Assembly (NCBI GenBank): GCA_049841155.1
Contig: JASGHI010000004.1
Coordinates: 433,477 to 497,476 of the forward strand
Length of the DNA stretch: 64,000 nucleotides
DNA from: Steroidobacteraceae bacterium
GTDB lineage: Bacteria > Pseudomonadota > Gammaproteobacteria > Steroidobacterales > Steroidobacteraceae
Direction: 5' to 3'
Shown here: piece after piece, positions 34,296-43,584 of the stretch
Numbering within the stretch: the first letter of the stretch is position 1
How the letters are laid out: every line of letters starts with the position of its first letter
Position numbers and translations under genes: made by a program
The notes under the pieces: generated by a model
The model's database searches: none
What the model was told of the DNA's origin: nothing
What the model saw: only the letters and a program-made list of their open reading frames with translations

Positions 34296-34835
34296 GTGGA
34301 GGGTTCGTTGAGTTCCAAGGGCATCCAGGCATTCGTTTCGGGCATGGAACAGGAGCACGGCCGGCAGCTGCGCCGGTTCCTGTCCGTGCGGTTGCGCAAT
34401 GCCGCGGCGGACGTGCCCGATCTGGTGCAGGAAGTGTTTCTGCGGCTGCTGCGGATCAGGGACCACGAGTCCATCCGCAATCCGCAGGCGTACCTGTACA
34501 CGGTGGCGCTGCACGTCCTGCATCAGCACACGTTGCGCTTGTCCAGCCGGCCGACCAGCGCGCTGCCCGCGGACATGGCAAGCGATCTGGATTCGTTCCT
34601 GGCCGGCGACCCGGCCGAAGAAGCGGAGATCGAGGACCGTTTCGAGAAAGTGGGCAGGGCGCTGCAGGAGCAATCCCCACGTGCCTACCTGACGCTGGTG
34701 ATGTACCGCTGCGACGGAGCGACCCTCGAACAGATCGGAGAGCGGCTCGGCGTTTCGCGGGTCATGGCGAAGAAGTACCTGGTCAAGGCGCTCGCGTTCT
34801 GTCAGGAGCACCTCGCCGAAGGTAGAGTGAAATGA
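34296..34835 (+). CDS. ECF (sigma-70 family, FecI-like) sigma factor
   Basis: Region 2 (DLVQEVFLRLL...NPQAYLYTVA) and region 4 (ATLEQIGERLGVSRVMAKKYLVKA). The stop overlaps the anti-sigma start (ATGA). An alternative ATG start lies at 34344. Confidence 0.85.
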   Translation: MEGSLSSKGIQAFVSGMEQEHGRQLRRFLSVRLRNAAADVPDLVQEVFLRLLRIRDHESIRNPQAYLYTVALHVLHQHTLRLSSRPTSALPADMASDLDSFLAGDPAEEAEIEDRFEKVGRALQEQSPRAYLTLVMYRCDGATLEQIGERLGVSRVMAKKYLVKALAFCQEHLAEGRVK

Positions 34836-35956
34836 CCGCGCGCGATAGCCGATTCAACAGGCAGATTGCCGAGGAAGCCGCTGAGTGGTTCGTCGATTTC
34901 AGTGTCGGCGACGTGGATTCGGAGCAGCGCGCACGGTTTCACCGCTGGTTGCGGACCTCGCCCGTGCATGTGCGCGCTTATTTGCAGGTGACCGCCATCT
35001 GGGAAGAAGCGGATCTGCTCGAACTCACGCCCGAAGCGATGGAAGAACTCGCCCGGCAGGTTGCCAGCGGCGTCAGCGTGGTGCCGTTGAGAGCAGCGGA
35101 GCGCGCCGAAGTCGCCCGCTCTGGCGCTGCAATGGGCGACCAGCCGCACACTCCAGCGACACCCGGCTTCCGCCCGCGCCTGCAGTGGCGGCACATGGCG
35201 GTGGCCGCCAGCGTGGCGTTGCTGGGCATCCTCATCGGCGCCGTGCTGTGGATGCGGCAGGACCAGGGTGTGTCATATGCCACGGCCATCGGTGAGCAAC
35301 GCATCATCACCCTGGCGGATGGCTCGGTCGTGAAACTCAACTCCCGGTCGCGCCTGCGGGTGAGCTTCAGCGAGCAACTGCGCAGCGTGGAATTGTTCGA
35401 AGGCCAGGCGCTGTTCGAGGTGGCCAAGAATCCGCGGCGGCCGTTCGTGGTCACGAGTGGCAAGACCAGCGTGCGTGCCGTGGGCACGCAGTTCGATGTG
35501 TATCGCAAGGGTGCCGGCACCGTCGTCACGGTGGTGGAAGGCCAGGTCGCCGTGTCGGGCGATGCTTCGCTGGTGGGGGCGTCTTCGCGGCAGGAACCCA
35601 TACCCTCGGCCACCGGTGCCGGAGCTGGCGGAGCGGTATTGCTTTCTGCCGGGGAACAGGTTGTGGTCATGCCGGCCGCCCCGCTCGCGCCGCAATCGGT
35701 CAATGTCGAGGCCACCACCGCCTGGACGCAGAACAAACTGGTGTTCGATGCTGCGCCCCTGTCCGAGGTGGTGGCGGAGTTCAACCGCTACAGCCCGACG
35801 CCGCTGGTCATCGAAGACCCTGCACTCGATCAGGTCCGCATCAGTGGCGTGTTCACGTCCACGTCTGTTGATCACCTGGTGGAGTTCCTCGAGCAGCGCT
35901 TTGCTGCCGAGGCGCAGCTCCGGGACGGCCAGCTGCATCTCGTCTCCCGCCCCTGA
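34832..35956 (+). CDS. FecR-family transmembrane anti-sigma factor / sensor
   Basis: 374 aa. N-terminal A.EWFV......R..F..WL motif, a single TM (MAVAASVALLGILIGAVLW) and a periplasmic FecR domain (ITLADGSVVKLNSRSRL...). Confidence 0.85.
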   Translation: MTARDSRFNRQIAEEAAEWFVDFSVGDVDSEQRARFHRWLRTSPVHVRAYLQVTAIWEEADLLELTPEAMEELARQVASGVSVVPLRAAERAEVARSGAAMGDQPHTPATPGFRPRLQWRHMAVAASVALLGILIGAVLWMRQDQGVSYATAIGEQRIITLADGSVVKLNSRSRLRVSFSEQLRSVELFEGQALFEVAKNPRRPFVVTSGKTSVRAVGTQFDVYRKGAGTVVTVVEGQVAVSGDASLVGASSRQEPIPSATGAGAGGAVLLSAGEQVVVMPAAPLAPQSVNVEATTAWTQNKLVFDAAPLSEVVAEFNRYSPTPLVIEDPALDQVRISGVFTSTSVDHLVEFLEQRFAAEAQLRDGQLHLVSRP

Positions 35957-36147
35957 GCGCTGCATCCCACCCCCGCCGCGCAACCCTCCGCATGAGCGGC
36001 GGGCGGGGCTTTGGCAAGCGGGCCCTCGAAGAATTTTTCGCCGCTGGTTTCCTTTTCACTCTCCCGACCGCTCATACAGGCAAGACAAGCATCGCCATTC
36101 AGAGCGATGCACCAGATGTGTGCGCTTTGCGAATCGGGGGAAAATTG

Positions 36148-38988
36148 ATGCGTACCTTAGTCACTGCGACGGCCCTGTGCCTGTCGATTGCTGGTCTGTC
36201 CATTTCCAAGGAAGCCGCCGGCTCGGTACGCAGGGGTATCGACATTCCCGCGCAGGGCCTGGGGCCCGCGTTGCAGAGCCTGGCGCGGGAGCATCAGCTG
36301 CAGCTGATGTTCGTGTCCGACGATGTGCTGAATATCACGGCGCCCGCCGTGTCCGGCAACCTTACGGTCGAGGAAGCGCTGAATCGAATGCTCCAGGGCA
36401 CCGGTCTGACGTACCGCCTGCTTGATGAGAGCACGGTGACGATCATTCCCGTGGGCGCCGCCCCATCCAGAAAAGCCATACCCACGGCCACGACCGGTGG
36501 CGCCGGCGCGGCCAGCGCAGTACCGACGCGCCCTGTCAGTGAGCGCATGCTCGTTGCCCAGGCAACGGGCGCTCCCCAGCCTGCCAGTTCGGGCGCGTCT
36601 GCGTCGGCGCCTGCGCCGGCACCGGCCAGCAACGGAGCCTCCAGCGCGCTCGATGAAGTGGTGGTGACCGGCACGGCCCGTGCCGGCGGCCTGCGCCGGC
36701 TGGACGCCGGCTTCTCCATCAATACCATCAGTGCCGACAGCCTGCAGCAGATCACGCCGCTGAGCACCGCCGACGTGCTGAAGAACGTGCCGGGCACGTA
36801 TGTCGAATCCAGCGGCGGTGTGGCGGGGTTGCGTGTCAACGTACGCGGCTTCCCGATGAACGGCGGCGGCCAGTTCTCGTCCGTGGAACTGGACGGCACG
36901 ACATTGCTGCCGCCCATGACCCTGAGTTTCATCGAGGGTTACAGCCTGTTCCGCGTCGACGACACCGTGGAGCGCGTGGAGGTGCTGCGCGGCGGACCGA
37001 GCCCGCTCTTTTCCAGCGGCCAGCCCGGAATCACCCTCAATTTCATCCAGAAGAAGGGCCGTGAAGAGACCGAAGGCAGCGCGCGGCTGACGCTGGGCGC
37101 GGAAGGCTTGTATCGGTTCGACGGATTCCTCGGCGGCAAGATCGCGGACGGCTGGTACGGCACGGTCGGCGGCTTCTATCGCCAGAGCGACGGTGTGCGC
37201 GATCCCGGGTTCACGGCTGACAAGGGCGGGCAGTTGAGCGGCACGCTCCGGCGCGCCTTTGATGCAGGCGATATCACGCTGTCGGCGCGCGTGGTGAAGG
37301 ACTCCAACATCTTTTTCTCCGGCGCTCCGCTGCTGTCGCACAACAACGGCAGCAGTCTCAGCGTCTATCCGTTCTTCGATCAGCGCAAGCAAACGCTGGC
37401 CGGTCCCGATACCCGGAATCTGCAGTTCGAGGTGGCTCCCGGCCAGACGCTGTCCTCCGACTTCGGAGACGGCCGCACCATAGACCTCAAGCAGTTCGGC
37501 CTGAACTTCGAGTTCACTGCCGGGAACTGGGAGATCACCGACCGGCTGGGATATCTCGACGGCACGGCCGACACACGTGCGATCTTCACCAGCGCCGTAC
37601 CCCTGAGCCTGGGTTCGTATATCAGCGGCCGGATCGCGGCCGCCAATGGCAATGCCGCGCTGGTGACTGCGGCCGGCGGTGCCGCAACGAGCGCAACAGC
37701 GCGCTACACCACCAGCGGCGCGGCCATCACCGACATGAATACGCCGGTGATCGTTGCGGGATTCTGGTACGTGGACAAGGACATCGAGACGTTCAGCAAC
37801 GATCTGCGCTTCAGCCGCAGCTTCGGCGCACATACCCTCACCCTCGGCAACTACTACGCCTATCACTCGATCCAGGACCTCTGGTACCAGGGCAACAACG
37901 CGCTGCTGGCCTTCGAGAACCATGCGCGCCGCATCGACGTGGCGCTGAACAACGGCGTGCAGATCACCAAGGACGGCTTCACCGGTTACGCGACCAACCA
38001 CTTCGTGGATGATTTCAGCGGCCGCAACGTTGCGTTCTTCCTGGCCGATGAGTGGGAGATCAACGACCGCCTGCGGATCGACGGCGGCGTGCGCTTCGAG
38101 GACTACAATACCAAAGGCACCGTGGGACTGGCCTCGAACGTGAATCTCGACGGCAACCTGCTCACCTTCTACAACAACACGGTTTCGGTCCAGAACGGCA
38201 GCCAGCAGCGCTTTGAGTACGACGCTGACCAGACCTCCTTCACCTTCGGTGCCAACTACCGGCTGGCGCCGCAGCTGAGCACCTTCCTGCGGGTGAATTC
38301 GGGCTACCGCTTCCCGACGTTCGATGAGGTCCGCCAGGGTTCGAGCATCGTTCAGGAAGTCGATCAGTACGAACTGGGTCTCAAGACCGCCTTCGACAGG
38401 CTCGACGTCAATCTGACGCTGTTCTACAACGAGTTTGTCGGGCAGACCTACACGCAGCAGATCGTCGATTCAGTGACCGGCGCCATCACCAATCTGGTGG
38501 CCGTGGCCGGGTCGAAGGCCTATGGCGCAGAGCTCGACGGCAGCTGGCGCCCGTTCGAGCGCTTCGCGCTGGGCTACAACTTCACCTACTTCAAAGCCGA
38601 GTACACCGGCATCGTCAACGGCGCTCCATCGGGCGTGCAGAACGGCAACATGGTCGCCCGGCAGCCCAAGGTCCAGGCTCGCCTGTCGCCGAGCTACACC
38701 GTCCCGCTGCCGGTCGGCGACCTGACCATGTTTGCGGCGTACACCCATGTGGGCTCCCGTTTCTCCGACATCCAGAACCTCCAGCGCCTGCCCGCGTACC
38801 GCACGCTGGATCTGGGAGTGGGGCTGAAGATGGGAGCGGTCGATGTGCAGGTGACGGGCATGAACCTCACCAACGATCTGGGCCTGACGGAAGGCAATGC
38901 GCGCATCGTCGGCACGACCGATGCGGCGGTGATCGGTCGCTCCATTTTCGGCCGCTCTTTCCAGGCGACGGCGGTGTATCGCTTCTGA
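36148..38988 (+). CDS. TonB-dependent transducer (receptor with N-terminal STN signalling domain)
   Basis: ATG at 36148 (RBS GGGGGA) and a signal peptide. STN domain (IDIPAQGLGPALQSLAREHQLQLMF...GTGLTY), plug, barrel and terminal ...AVYRF. Confidence 0.88.
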   Translation: MRTLVTATALCLSIAGLSISKEAAGSVRRGIDIPAQGLGPALQSLAREHQLQLMFVSDDVLNITAPAVSGNLTVEEALNRMLQGTGLTYRLLDESTVTIIPVGAAPSRKAIPTATTGGAGAASAVPTRPVSERMLVAQATGAPQPASSGASASAPAPAPASNGASSALDEVVVTGTARAGGLRRLDAGFSINTISADSLQQITPLSTADVLKNVPGTYVESSGGVAGLRVNVRGFPMNGGGQFSSVELDGTTLLPPMTLSFIEGYSLFRVDDTVERVEVLRGGPSPLFSSGQPGITLNFIQKKGREETEGSARLTLGAEGLYRFDGFLGGKIADGWYGTVGGFYRQSDGVRDPGFTADKGGQLSGTLRRAFDAGDITLSARVVKDSNIFFSGAPLLSHNNGSSLSVYPFFDQRKQTLAGPDTRNLQFEVAPGQTLSSDFGDGRTIDLKQFGLNFEFTAGNWEITDRLGYLDGTADTRAIFTSAVPLSLGSYISGRIAAANGNAALVTAAGGAATSATARYTTSGAAITDMNTPVIVAGFWYVDKDIETFSNDLRFSRSFGAHTLTLGNYYAYHSIQDLWYQGNNALLAFENHARRIDVALNNGVQITKDGFTGYATNHFVDDFSGRNVAFFLADEWEINDRLRIDGGVRFEDYNTKGTVGLASNVNLDGNLLTFYNNTVSVQNGSQQRFEYDADQTSFTFGANYRLAPQLSTFLRVNSGYRFPTFDEVRQGSSIVQEVDQYELGLKTAFDRLDVNLTLFYNEFVGQTYTQQIVDSVTGAITNLVAVAGSKAYGAELDGSWRPFERFALGYNFTYFKAEYTGIVNGAPSGVQNGNMVARQPKVQARLSPSYTVPLPVGDLTMFAAYTHVGSRFSDIQNLQRLPAYRTLDLGVGLKMGAVDVQVTGMNLTNDLGLTEGNARIVGTTDAAVIGRSIFGRSFQATAVYRF

Positions 38989-39022
38989 TACGCCGCCGGT
39001 TGCCGGCGCCACGCATCAAGGA

Positions 39023-40444
39023 GTGGACATGAAACGACGCACTTTGCTTGCTTCCGCGGCCGGTGTGATGCTGGGCTCGGCGCTGCCCTCTCTGGGGGCC
39101 GCCGGTGCCGCGCCTCGCCGCAACGTGCTGCTGCTCATCGCCGATGACCAGGGGCTGGATGCGGGCTGTTACGGCTCGGGTATCCCCACTCCTCACATCG
39201 ATGCGCTGGCCCGCCGGGGCACACGCTTCACCGAGGCGTTCGCAGCGGTCAGCTCCTGCAGTCCCAGCCGGTCGGTGATCTACACCGGACTCTACTCCCA
39301 TACCAATGGCATGTATGGCCTCGCACACGATGTGCACAACCAGTCGCTGCTGAACGGGATCGAGACCCTGCCGACGTGGTTCAAGCGGGCCGGATACGCC
39401 ACCGCGCTGGTGGGCAAGAAACATGTGCGGCCGGACAGCGCATTCGTCTACGACGCGGAGCTGGCGCCGGAGAAGTCCGGTATTCGTGATGTCTCCTTCA
39501 TGGCGGAGGAAGCCTTGCGCTTCATTCGCGGCGCCGATGCGCCGTTCTTCGTCACCGTGGCGTACAGCGATCCGCACCGCGCACCAGTGAACTTCGGCAA
39601 CGACCGGCAATGGCCGCGCGTAACGCCGGTCCACTACGATCCGGCCCGCGTGCCGCTGCCGTCCCATCTGCCGGATCTGCCGGAGGTGCGGCAGGACCTG
39701 AGCGAATACTACGAATCCGTGAGCCGGCTCGACAGCGGCATCGGTCTCTTGCTGGATGGTCTGCGCGAAAGCGGGCATGGGGACCAGACGCTGATCGTCT
39801 ACCTGAGTGACAACGGCCGGCCTTTCCCCGGCGCCAAGACCAATCTCTACGACCCTGGTCTGCATTTGCCGTTGATCGTGCAGGCGCCGGGTGTGGCGGG
39901 CAATGCCGTAAATGATGCGATGGTGAGTTTCGTCGACATCGTGCCGACCCTGCTGGAGTGGGCGAGGGTGCCGCAGCCGGCACGGACACTGCCCGGGCGG
40001 TCGCTGTGGCCATTGTTGGGCCACACCGGCGGTACGGGCTGGGACCGTATCTTCGCGTCGCACGATTTCCACGAGATCAACCAGTACTACCCGATGCGCT
40101 GCGTGCGCACGCGCACCCACAGCTACATCGTGAACATCGCGCATCCGCTGGAATATCCGATCGCCGGCGATGTCGCCGGGTCACCGAGCTGGAAGGCCAT
40201 CAGCGCGCGGCCGGAGATCCGTCTGGGCCGGCGCAGCCAGCGCGCATATCTGCAGCGTCCCGCCGAGGAGCTCTACGACCTGCGCAGCGACCCGGATGAA
40301 GTGGTGAATCTCGCGGGGGATGCCGCGTCAGCGGGCGTTCTCGCCGACCTGCGCCGGCAGTTGTTCGAGTTCCGCCGTGACACACACGACCCCTGGCTGG
40401 ACGGGCAGACATCGCCCTATGACCACCTGAGCGGCACTGCCTGA
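39023..40444 (+). CDS. Exported sulfatase (formylglycine-dependent; N-sulfoglucosamine sulfohydrolase-like)
   Basis: 473 aa with a Tat-like KRRTLLASAAG signal, the LLLIADDQG metal site and the CSPSRS (C-x-P-x-R) formylglycine motif. Confidence 0.88.
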   Translation: MDMKRRTLLASAAGVMLGSALPSLGAAGAAPRRNVLLLIADDQGLDAGCYGSGIPTPHIDALARRGTRFTEAFAAVSSCSPSRSVIYTGLYSHTNGMYGLAHDVHNQSLLNGIETLPTWFKRAGYATALVGKKHVRPDSAFVYDAELAPEKSGIRDVSFMAEEALRFIRGADAPFFVTVAYSDPHRAPVNFGNDRQWPRVTPVHYDPARVPLPSHLPDLPEVRQDLSEYYESVSRLDSGIGLLLDGLRESGHGDQTLIVYLSDNGRPFPGAKTNLYDPGLHLPLIVQAPGVAGNAVNDAMVSFVDIVPTLLEWARVPQPARTLPGRSLWPLLGHTGGTGWDRIFASHDFHEINQYYPMRCVRTRTHSYIVNIAHPLEYPIAGDVAGSPSWKAISARPEIRLGRRSQRAYLQRPAEELYDLRSDPDEVVNLAGDAASAGVLADLRRQLFEFRRDTHDPWLDGQTSPYDHLSGTA

Positions 40445-40482
40445 AGCCCCTTGCCGCGACGCCACCCCTCCAGGCAGACGAA

Positions 40483-43400
40483 GTGAGTATCTCACCGGGG
40501 CCCATAGCCATCATGTTGAACGGGCAGCAGCCTGGCCCTTCAAGCCGCCGCTCCCGGTGGGCGGCGCACGCCGACAGCTGGTGCCTGTTGCAGACCCAGC
40601 TCGATCCCGCGCAGCGCGACACCGATGACACGCTGTTCGCGCTTGCCAACGGCTCGCTCGGCATACGTGGCGGTTTCGAGGAGGTGGCAGGCGCGGGCGG
40701 CGGTTGCTTCATGGCGGCGGCCTACGAGCGTCATCCGATCCACTACCATGAGCGGTTTCCCGGCTACGCGCGCCACAGCGACACCCGCGTGCCGGTTGCC
40801 GATGGCAGGCGCATCCTCATCCTGCTCGATGGCGAGCCACTCGACATCGATGTCTGCGAATGGCTGGACTTCGAGCGCTCGCTGGATCTGCGCCGCGGCC
40901 TGCTGCTGCGCCGGCTGCGGTTGCGCACGCCTGCCGGCGCGACCCTGCAGATAGACAGCGAACGATTCGTGGCGCTGGACCAGGATCTGCTCATGATCCG
41001 CTACCGCGTCACGTCGATCGACTGGCGCGGCATGCTGACGCTGGAATCCTCGATTGTCGCTGGCCGGCGCGCTGCGGCTCAGGGCGATGATCCGCGTATC
41101 GGCGCGGCCGGCGGGGAGGCCATGCAATGCCGGTATGCCGAGACCGACGAGAACGTGGGGGCGCTGGCCCAATGCACCCGTCACAGCGGCATCGCGGTGT
41201 ACTGTGCCCAGTCGCATCGGCTTGCCGGAGACGGACTGCGCCATGCCGGCATCGTCACGGGTGAAGGCAGTGCGGGGCAGTTCTTCCAGGCCAGCATCAC
41301 CCCGGGCCAGACTGTAGAACTGCAGAAGTTCGTCGCCTATGCGGCTGCCGGGGACGTTTCCACCGACACGATCGATGCCTTGTCTGCGGCCACCCGGCAG
41401 CGGCTCGGCAATGCCGTTGGCAGCGGCTATGACGCGCTGAAGGCCGTGCACTCCGGCGCGCTGGCCGCGTTCTGGGACGACGCCTGCATTGATGTTCCTG
41501 ACGATGCCGACGCCAGTCTGGCGTTGCGCTTCAATCTGTTCCATCTGCTGCAGTCGGCCAGCCGCAGTCCGCAGCACGGCACTGCCGCCAAGGGATTGAC
41601 CGGGGAAGGCTACGAAGGGCATTGCTTCTGGGATACGGAAGTCTTCGTGCTGCCGGTCATGGCGCTGACAGCCCCGCGGATCGCGCGGGCGATGCTGTTG
41701 TTCCGCCATCGCCAGCTCGACAGCGCCCGCGCGAACGCCCGCGAACTCAACCACACCACCGGTGCGCTGTATCCGTGGCGCACCATTGCCGGCGCGGAAT
41801 GCTCCGCGCACTATCCCACCGGCTCGGCCGCCTACCACATCAACGCCGACATCGCATGGGCGATCGGCCTGTACTACGACGCCACCGGCGACGATACCTT
41901 CCTGCTCGAGGCCGGCGCGGAAATGCTGTTCGAGACTGCGCGAATCTGGCCGCAGGTGGGGCACTTCGACTGGCTGCGCGGCGGATTCGGCATCTACGGC
42001 GTGACCGGTCCGGACGAGTACAGCGTGCTCGTCGACAACAATTTCTACACCAACCGCATGGCGCAGCGGCATCTGCAGCGTGCCGTCCGCGTGTGGGAGT
42101 GGCTGCAGTCGGAGCATTCACAGAGCCTGCAGGCAATCGCCTCGCGCCTGGCGCTGCAGCAGGACGAGATCGACGACTGGCGACGGATCGCTGCAGCAAT
42201 GCGGCTGCCTGTCGACGGGCAGCTCGATATCTATGCGCAGGACGACGCCTTCCTGCATAAGCCGCTCTGGCCGTACACCGATCCGGCCGGCAGGCGGCCA
42301 CTGCTGCTGCACTATCACCCGTTGACTCTCTTCCGCCACCAGATCAGCAAACAAGCCGATCTGGTGATGGCGCTGATGATGGCCGGCGATGATCTGGACT
42401 CGCAGCGCAAGCGGCGCAGCTTCGAGCACTACGAGGCGGTTACCACCCACGATTCGACCCTGTCGGCGGCGGTGCACGGCATCGTTGCCAGCGAGGTCGA
42501 GTTGCACGACAAGGCCTGGCACTACTTCAACGAAGCGCTGCGCATCGACCTCGACAATCTGCATGGCAATACCACTCACGGCGTGCACATGGCCGCGATG
42601 GCCGGCAGCTGGCTGGGTCTGGTTCAGGGTTTCGCCGGCCTGCGCATCGTCGATGGCACGCTGTGCTTCCGGCCGTCGCTGCCCGGGCGCTGGGGCGGCT
42701 ATGCCTTCGGACTGCACTGGCGCGGGCGCAGGCTGCGCGTGCAGATTGATCCCGGCGGCACCGTCTATCACCTGCTGGATGGCGATGCGCTGGACATCAT
42801 GCATGAAGGCGCGGCAGTGCGCTTGCAGCCCGGAGGCCGGTTGCAGCTGCCGTTCGCGCCCCACGGCAACGCACAGCCCACGTTCCCGCGCCATTGCCGC
42901 GCGCTGATTTTCGATCTCGACGGCGTGCTTACAGACACGGCGCGGATGCACTACCTGGCCTGGAAGCGCCTCGCCGACGAGATCGGTGTGCCTTTCGATG
43001 AAGGTACCAATCGCCGTCTCAAGGGCATCAGCCGCGCGCAGTCGCTGGACATCCTGCTCGAACGCGCCGGGCGTGACTACGACGACGCCGAGAAATGGTT
43101 GCTGATGGAACGCAAGAACGGGTACTACCGCGAGGCGATCGCAGCCTTCGGCGTGGATGACCTGTTCCCGGGTGCCCGACGGCTGCTCGATGGCGCGCGC
43201 CGCACCGGTCTGCGCATTGCGCTGGCCTCGGCCAGCCGCAATGCGCCCGAGCTGCTGCGCCGCCTTGGCATCGATGGGTGTTTCGACGCCGTAGTGGACG
43301 CTGCGGCCATCACCAGTCCGAAGCCGGACCCCGAGATCTTCCTCGCCGCTGCGCAGGCCCTGGGAGTGTCCCCGGCCGACTGCATCGGCATCGAGGACGC

Positions 43401-43584
43401 CGCGGCCGGCATCGCGGCGATCAAGGCCGCGGGCATGGCGGCGATCGGCATCGGCGATCCCGAAGAACTCAGGCAGGCCGATGCGGTCCTTGCGTCCCTC
43501 CGGGACCTCAGGCTCGAGGCATTCGTCGGTACATCGGCGGACGCGCACTCATCCGGGCGCGAATGCGCCGAAGGAATCGCATGA
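40483..43584 (+). CDS. Fusion protein: GH65 glycoside (alpha-glucoside) phosphorylase plus C-terminal beta-phosphoglucomutase (HAD)
   Basis: 1033 aa. GH65 blocks (LFALANGSLGIRG, GEGYEGHCFWDTE, HGVHMAAMAG) are followed by beta-PGM motifs (FDLDGVLTDT, KGISR, KPDPEIF, GIEDAAAGI). GTG start at 40483, with an alternative ATG at 40513. Confidence 0.85.
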   Translation: MSISPGPIAIMLNGQQPGPSSRRSRWAAHADSWCLLQTQLDPAQRDTDDTLFALANGSLGIRGGFEEVAGAGGGCFMAAAYERHPIHYHERFPGYARHSDTRVPVADGRRILILLDGEPLDIDVCEWLDFERSLDLRRGLLLRRLRLRTPAGATLQIDSERFVALDQDLLMIRYRVTSIDWRGMLTLESSIVAGRRAAAQGDDPRIGAAGGEAMQCRYAETDENVGALAQCTRHSGIAVYCAQSHRLAGDGLRHAGIVTGEGSAGQFFQASITPGQTVELQKFVAYAAAGDVSTDTIDALSAATRQRLGNAVGSGYDALKAVHSGALAAFWDDACIDVPDDADASLALRFNLFHLLQSASRSPQHGTAAKGLTGEGYEGHCFWDTEVFVLPVMALTAPRIARAMLLFRHRQLDSARANARELNHTTGALYPWRTIAGAECSAHYPTGSAAYHINADIAWAIGLYYDATGDDTFLLEAGAEMLFETARIWPQVGHFDWLRGGFGIYGVTGPDEYSVLVDNNFYTNRMAQRHLQRAVRVWEWLQSEHSQSLQAIASRLALQQDEIDDWRRIAAAMRLPVDGQLDIYAQDDAFLHKPLWPYTDPAGRRPLLLHYHPLTLFRHQISKQADLVMALMMAGDDLDSQRKRRSFEHYEAVTTHDSTLSAAVHGIVASEVELHDKAWHYFNEALRIDLDNLHGNTTHGVHMAAMAGSWLGLVQGFAGLRIVDGTLCFRPSLPGRWGGYAFGLHWRGRRLRVQIDPGGTVYHLLDGDALDIMHEGAAVRLQPGGRLQLPFAPHGNAQPTFPRHCRALIFDLDGVLTDTARMHYLAWKRLADEIGVPFDEGTNRRLKGISRAQSLDILLERAGRDYDDAEKWLLMERKNGYYREAIAAFGVDDLFPGARRLLDGARRTGLRIALASASRNAPELLRRLGIDGCFDAVVDAAAITSPKPDPEIFLAAAQALGVSPADCIGIEDAAAGIAAIKAAGMAAIGIGDPEELRQADAVLASLRDLRLEAFVGTSADAHSSGRECAEGIA

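Noticed and set aside
33279-34811. 510-aa minus-strand ORF spanning the HSL-type esterase and the ECF sigma gene
   Set aside because: It runs in a different frame or antisense across two genes that have clear motifs (HGGAF/GCSAGG; sigma regions 2 and 4). Its product is Arg/Pro-rich.
36157-38001. 614-aa minus-strand ORF inside the TonB-dependent transducer
   Set aside because: It lies antisense to a receptor with STN, plug, barrel and terminal Phe. No domain is recognisable.
40540-43548. Two long minus-strand ORFs (525 aa and 476 aa) over the GH65-beta-PGM gene
   Set aside because: They are antisense shadows. The plus-strand frame carries GH65 and HAD motifs continuously.
43278-43580. N-terminal extensions of tracked ORFs that overlap the preceding gene (43278-, 46709-, 48418-, 15570-, 16934-, 59045-, 57639-)
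   Set aside because: In each case an internal start with an RBS and/or a signal peptide, plus alignment to the family N-terminus, gives a non-overlapping gene. The extension is the upstream gene read in another frame.
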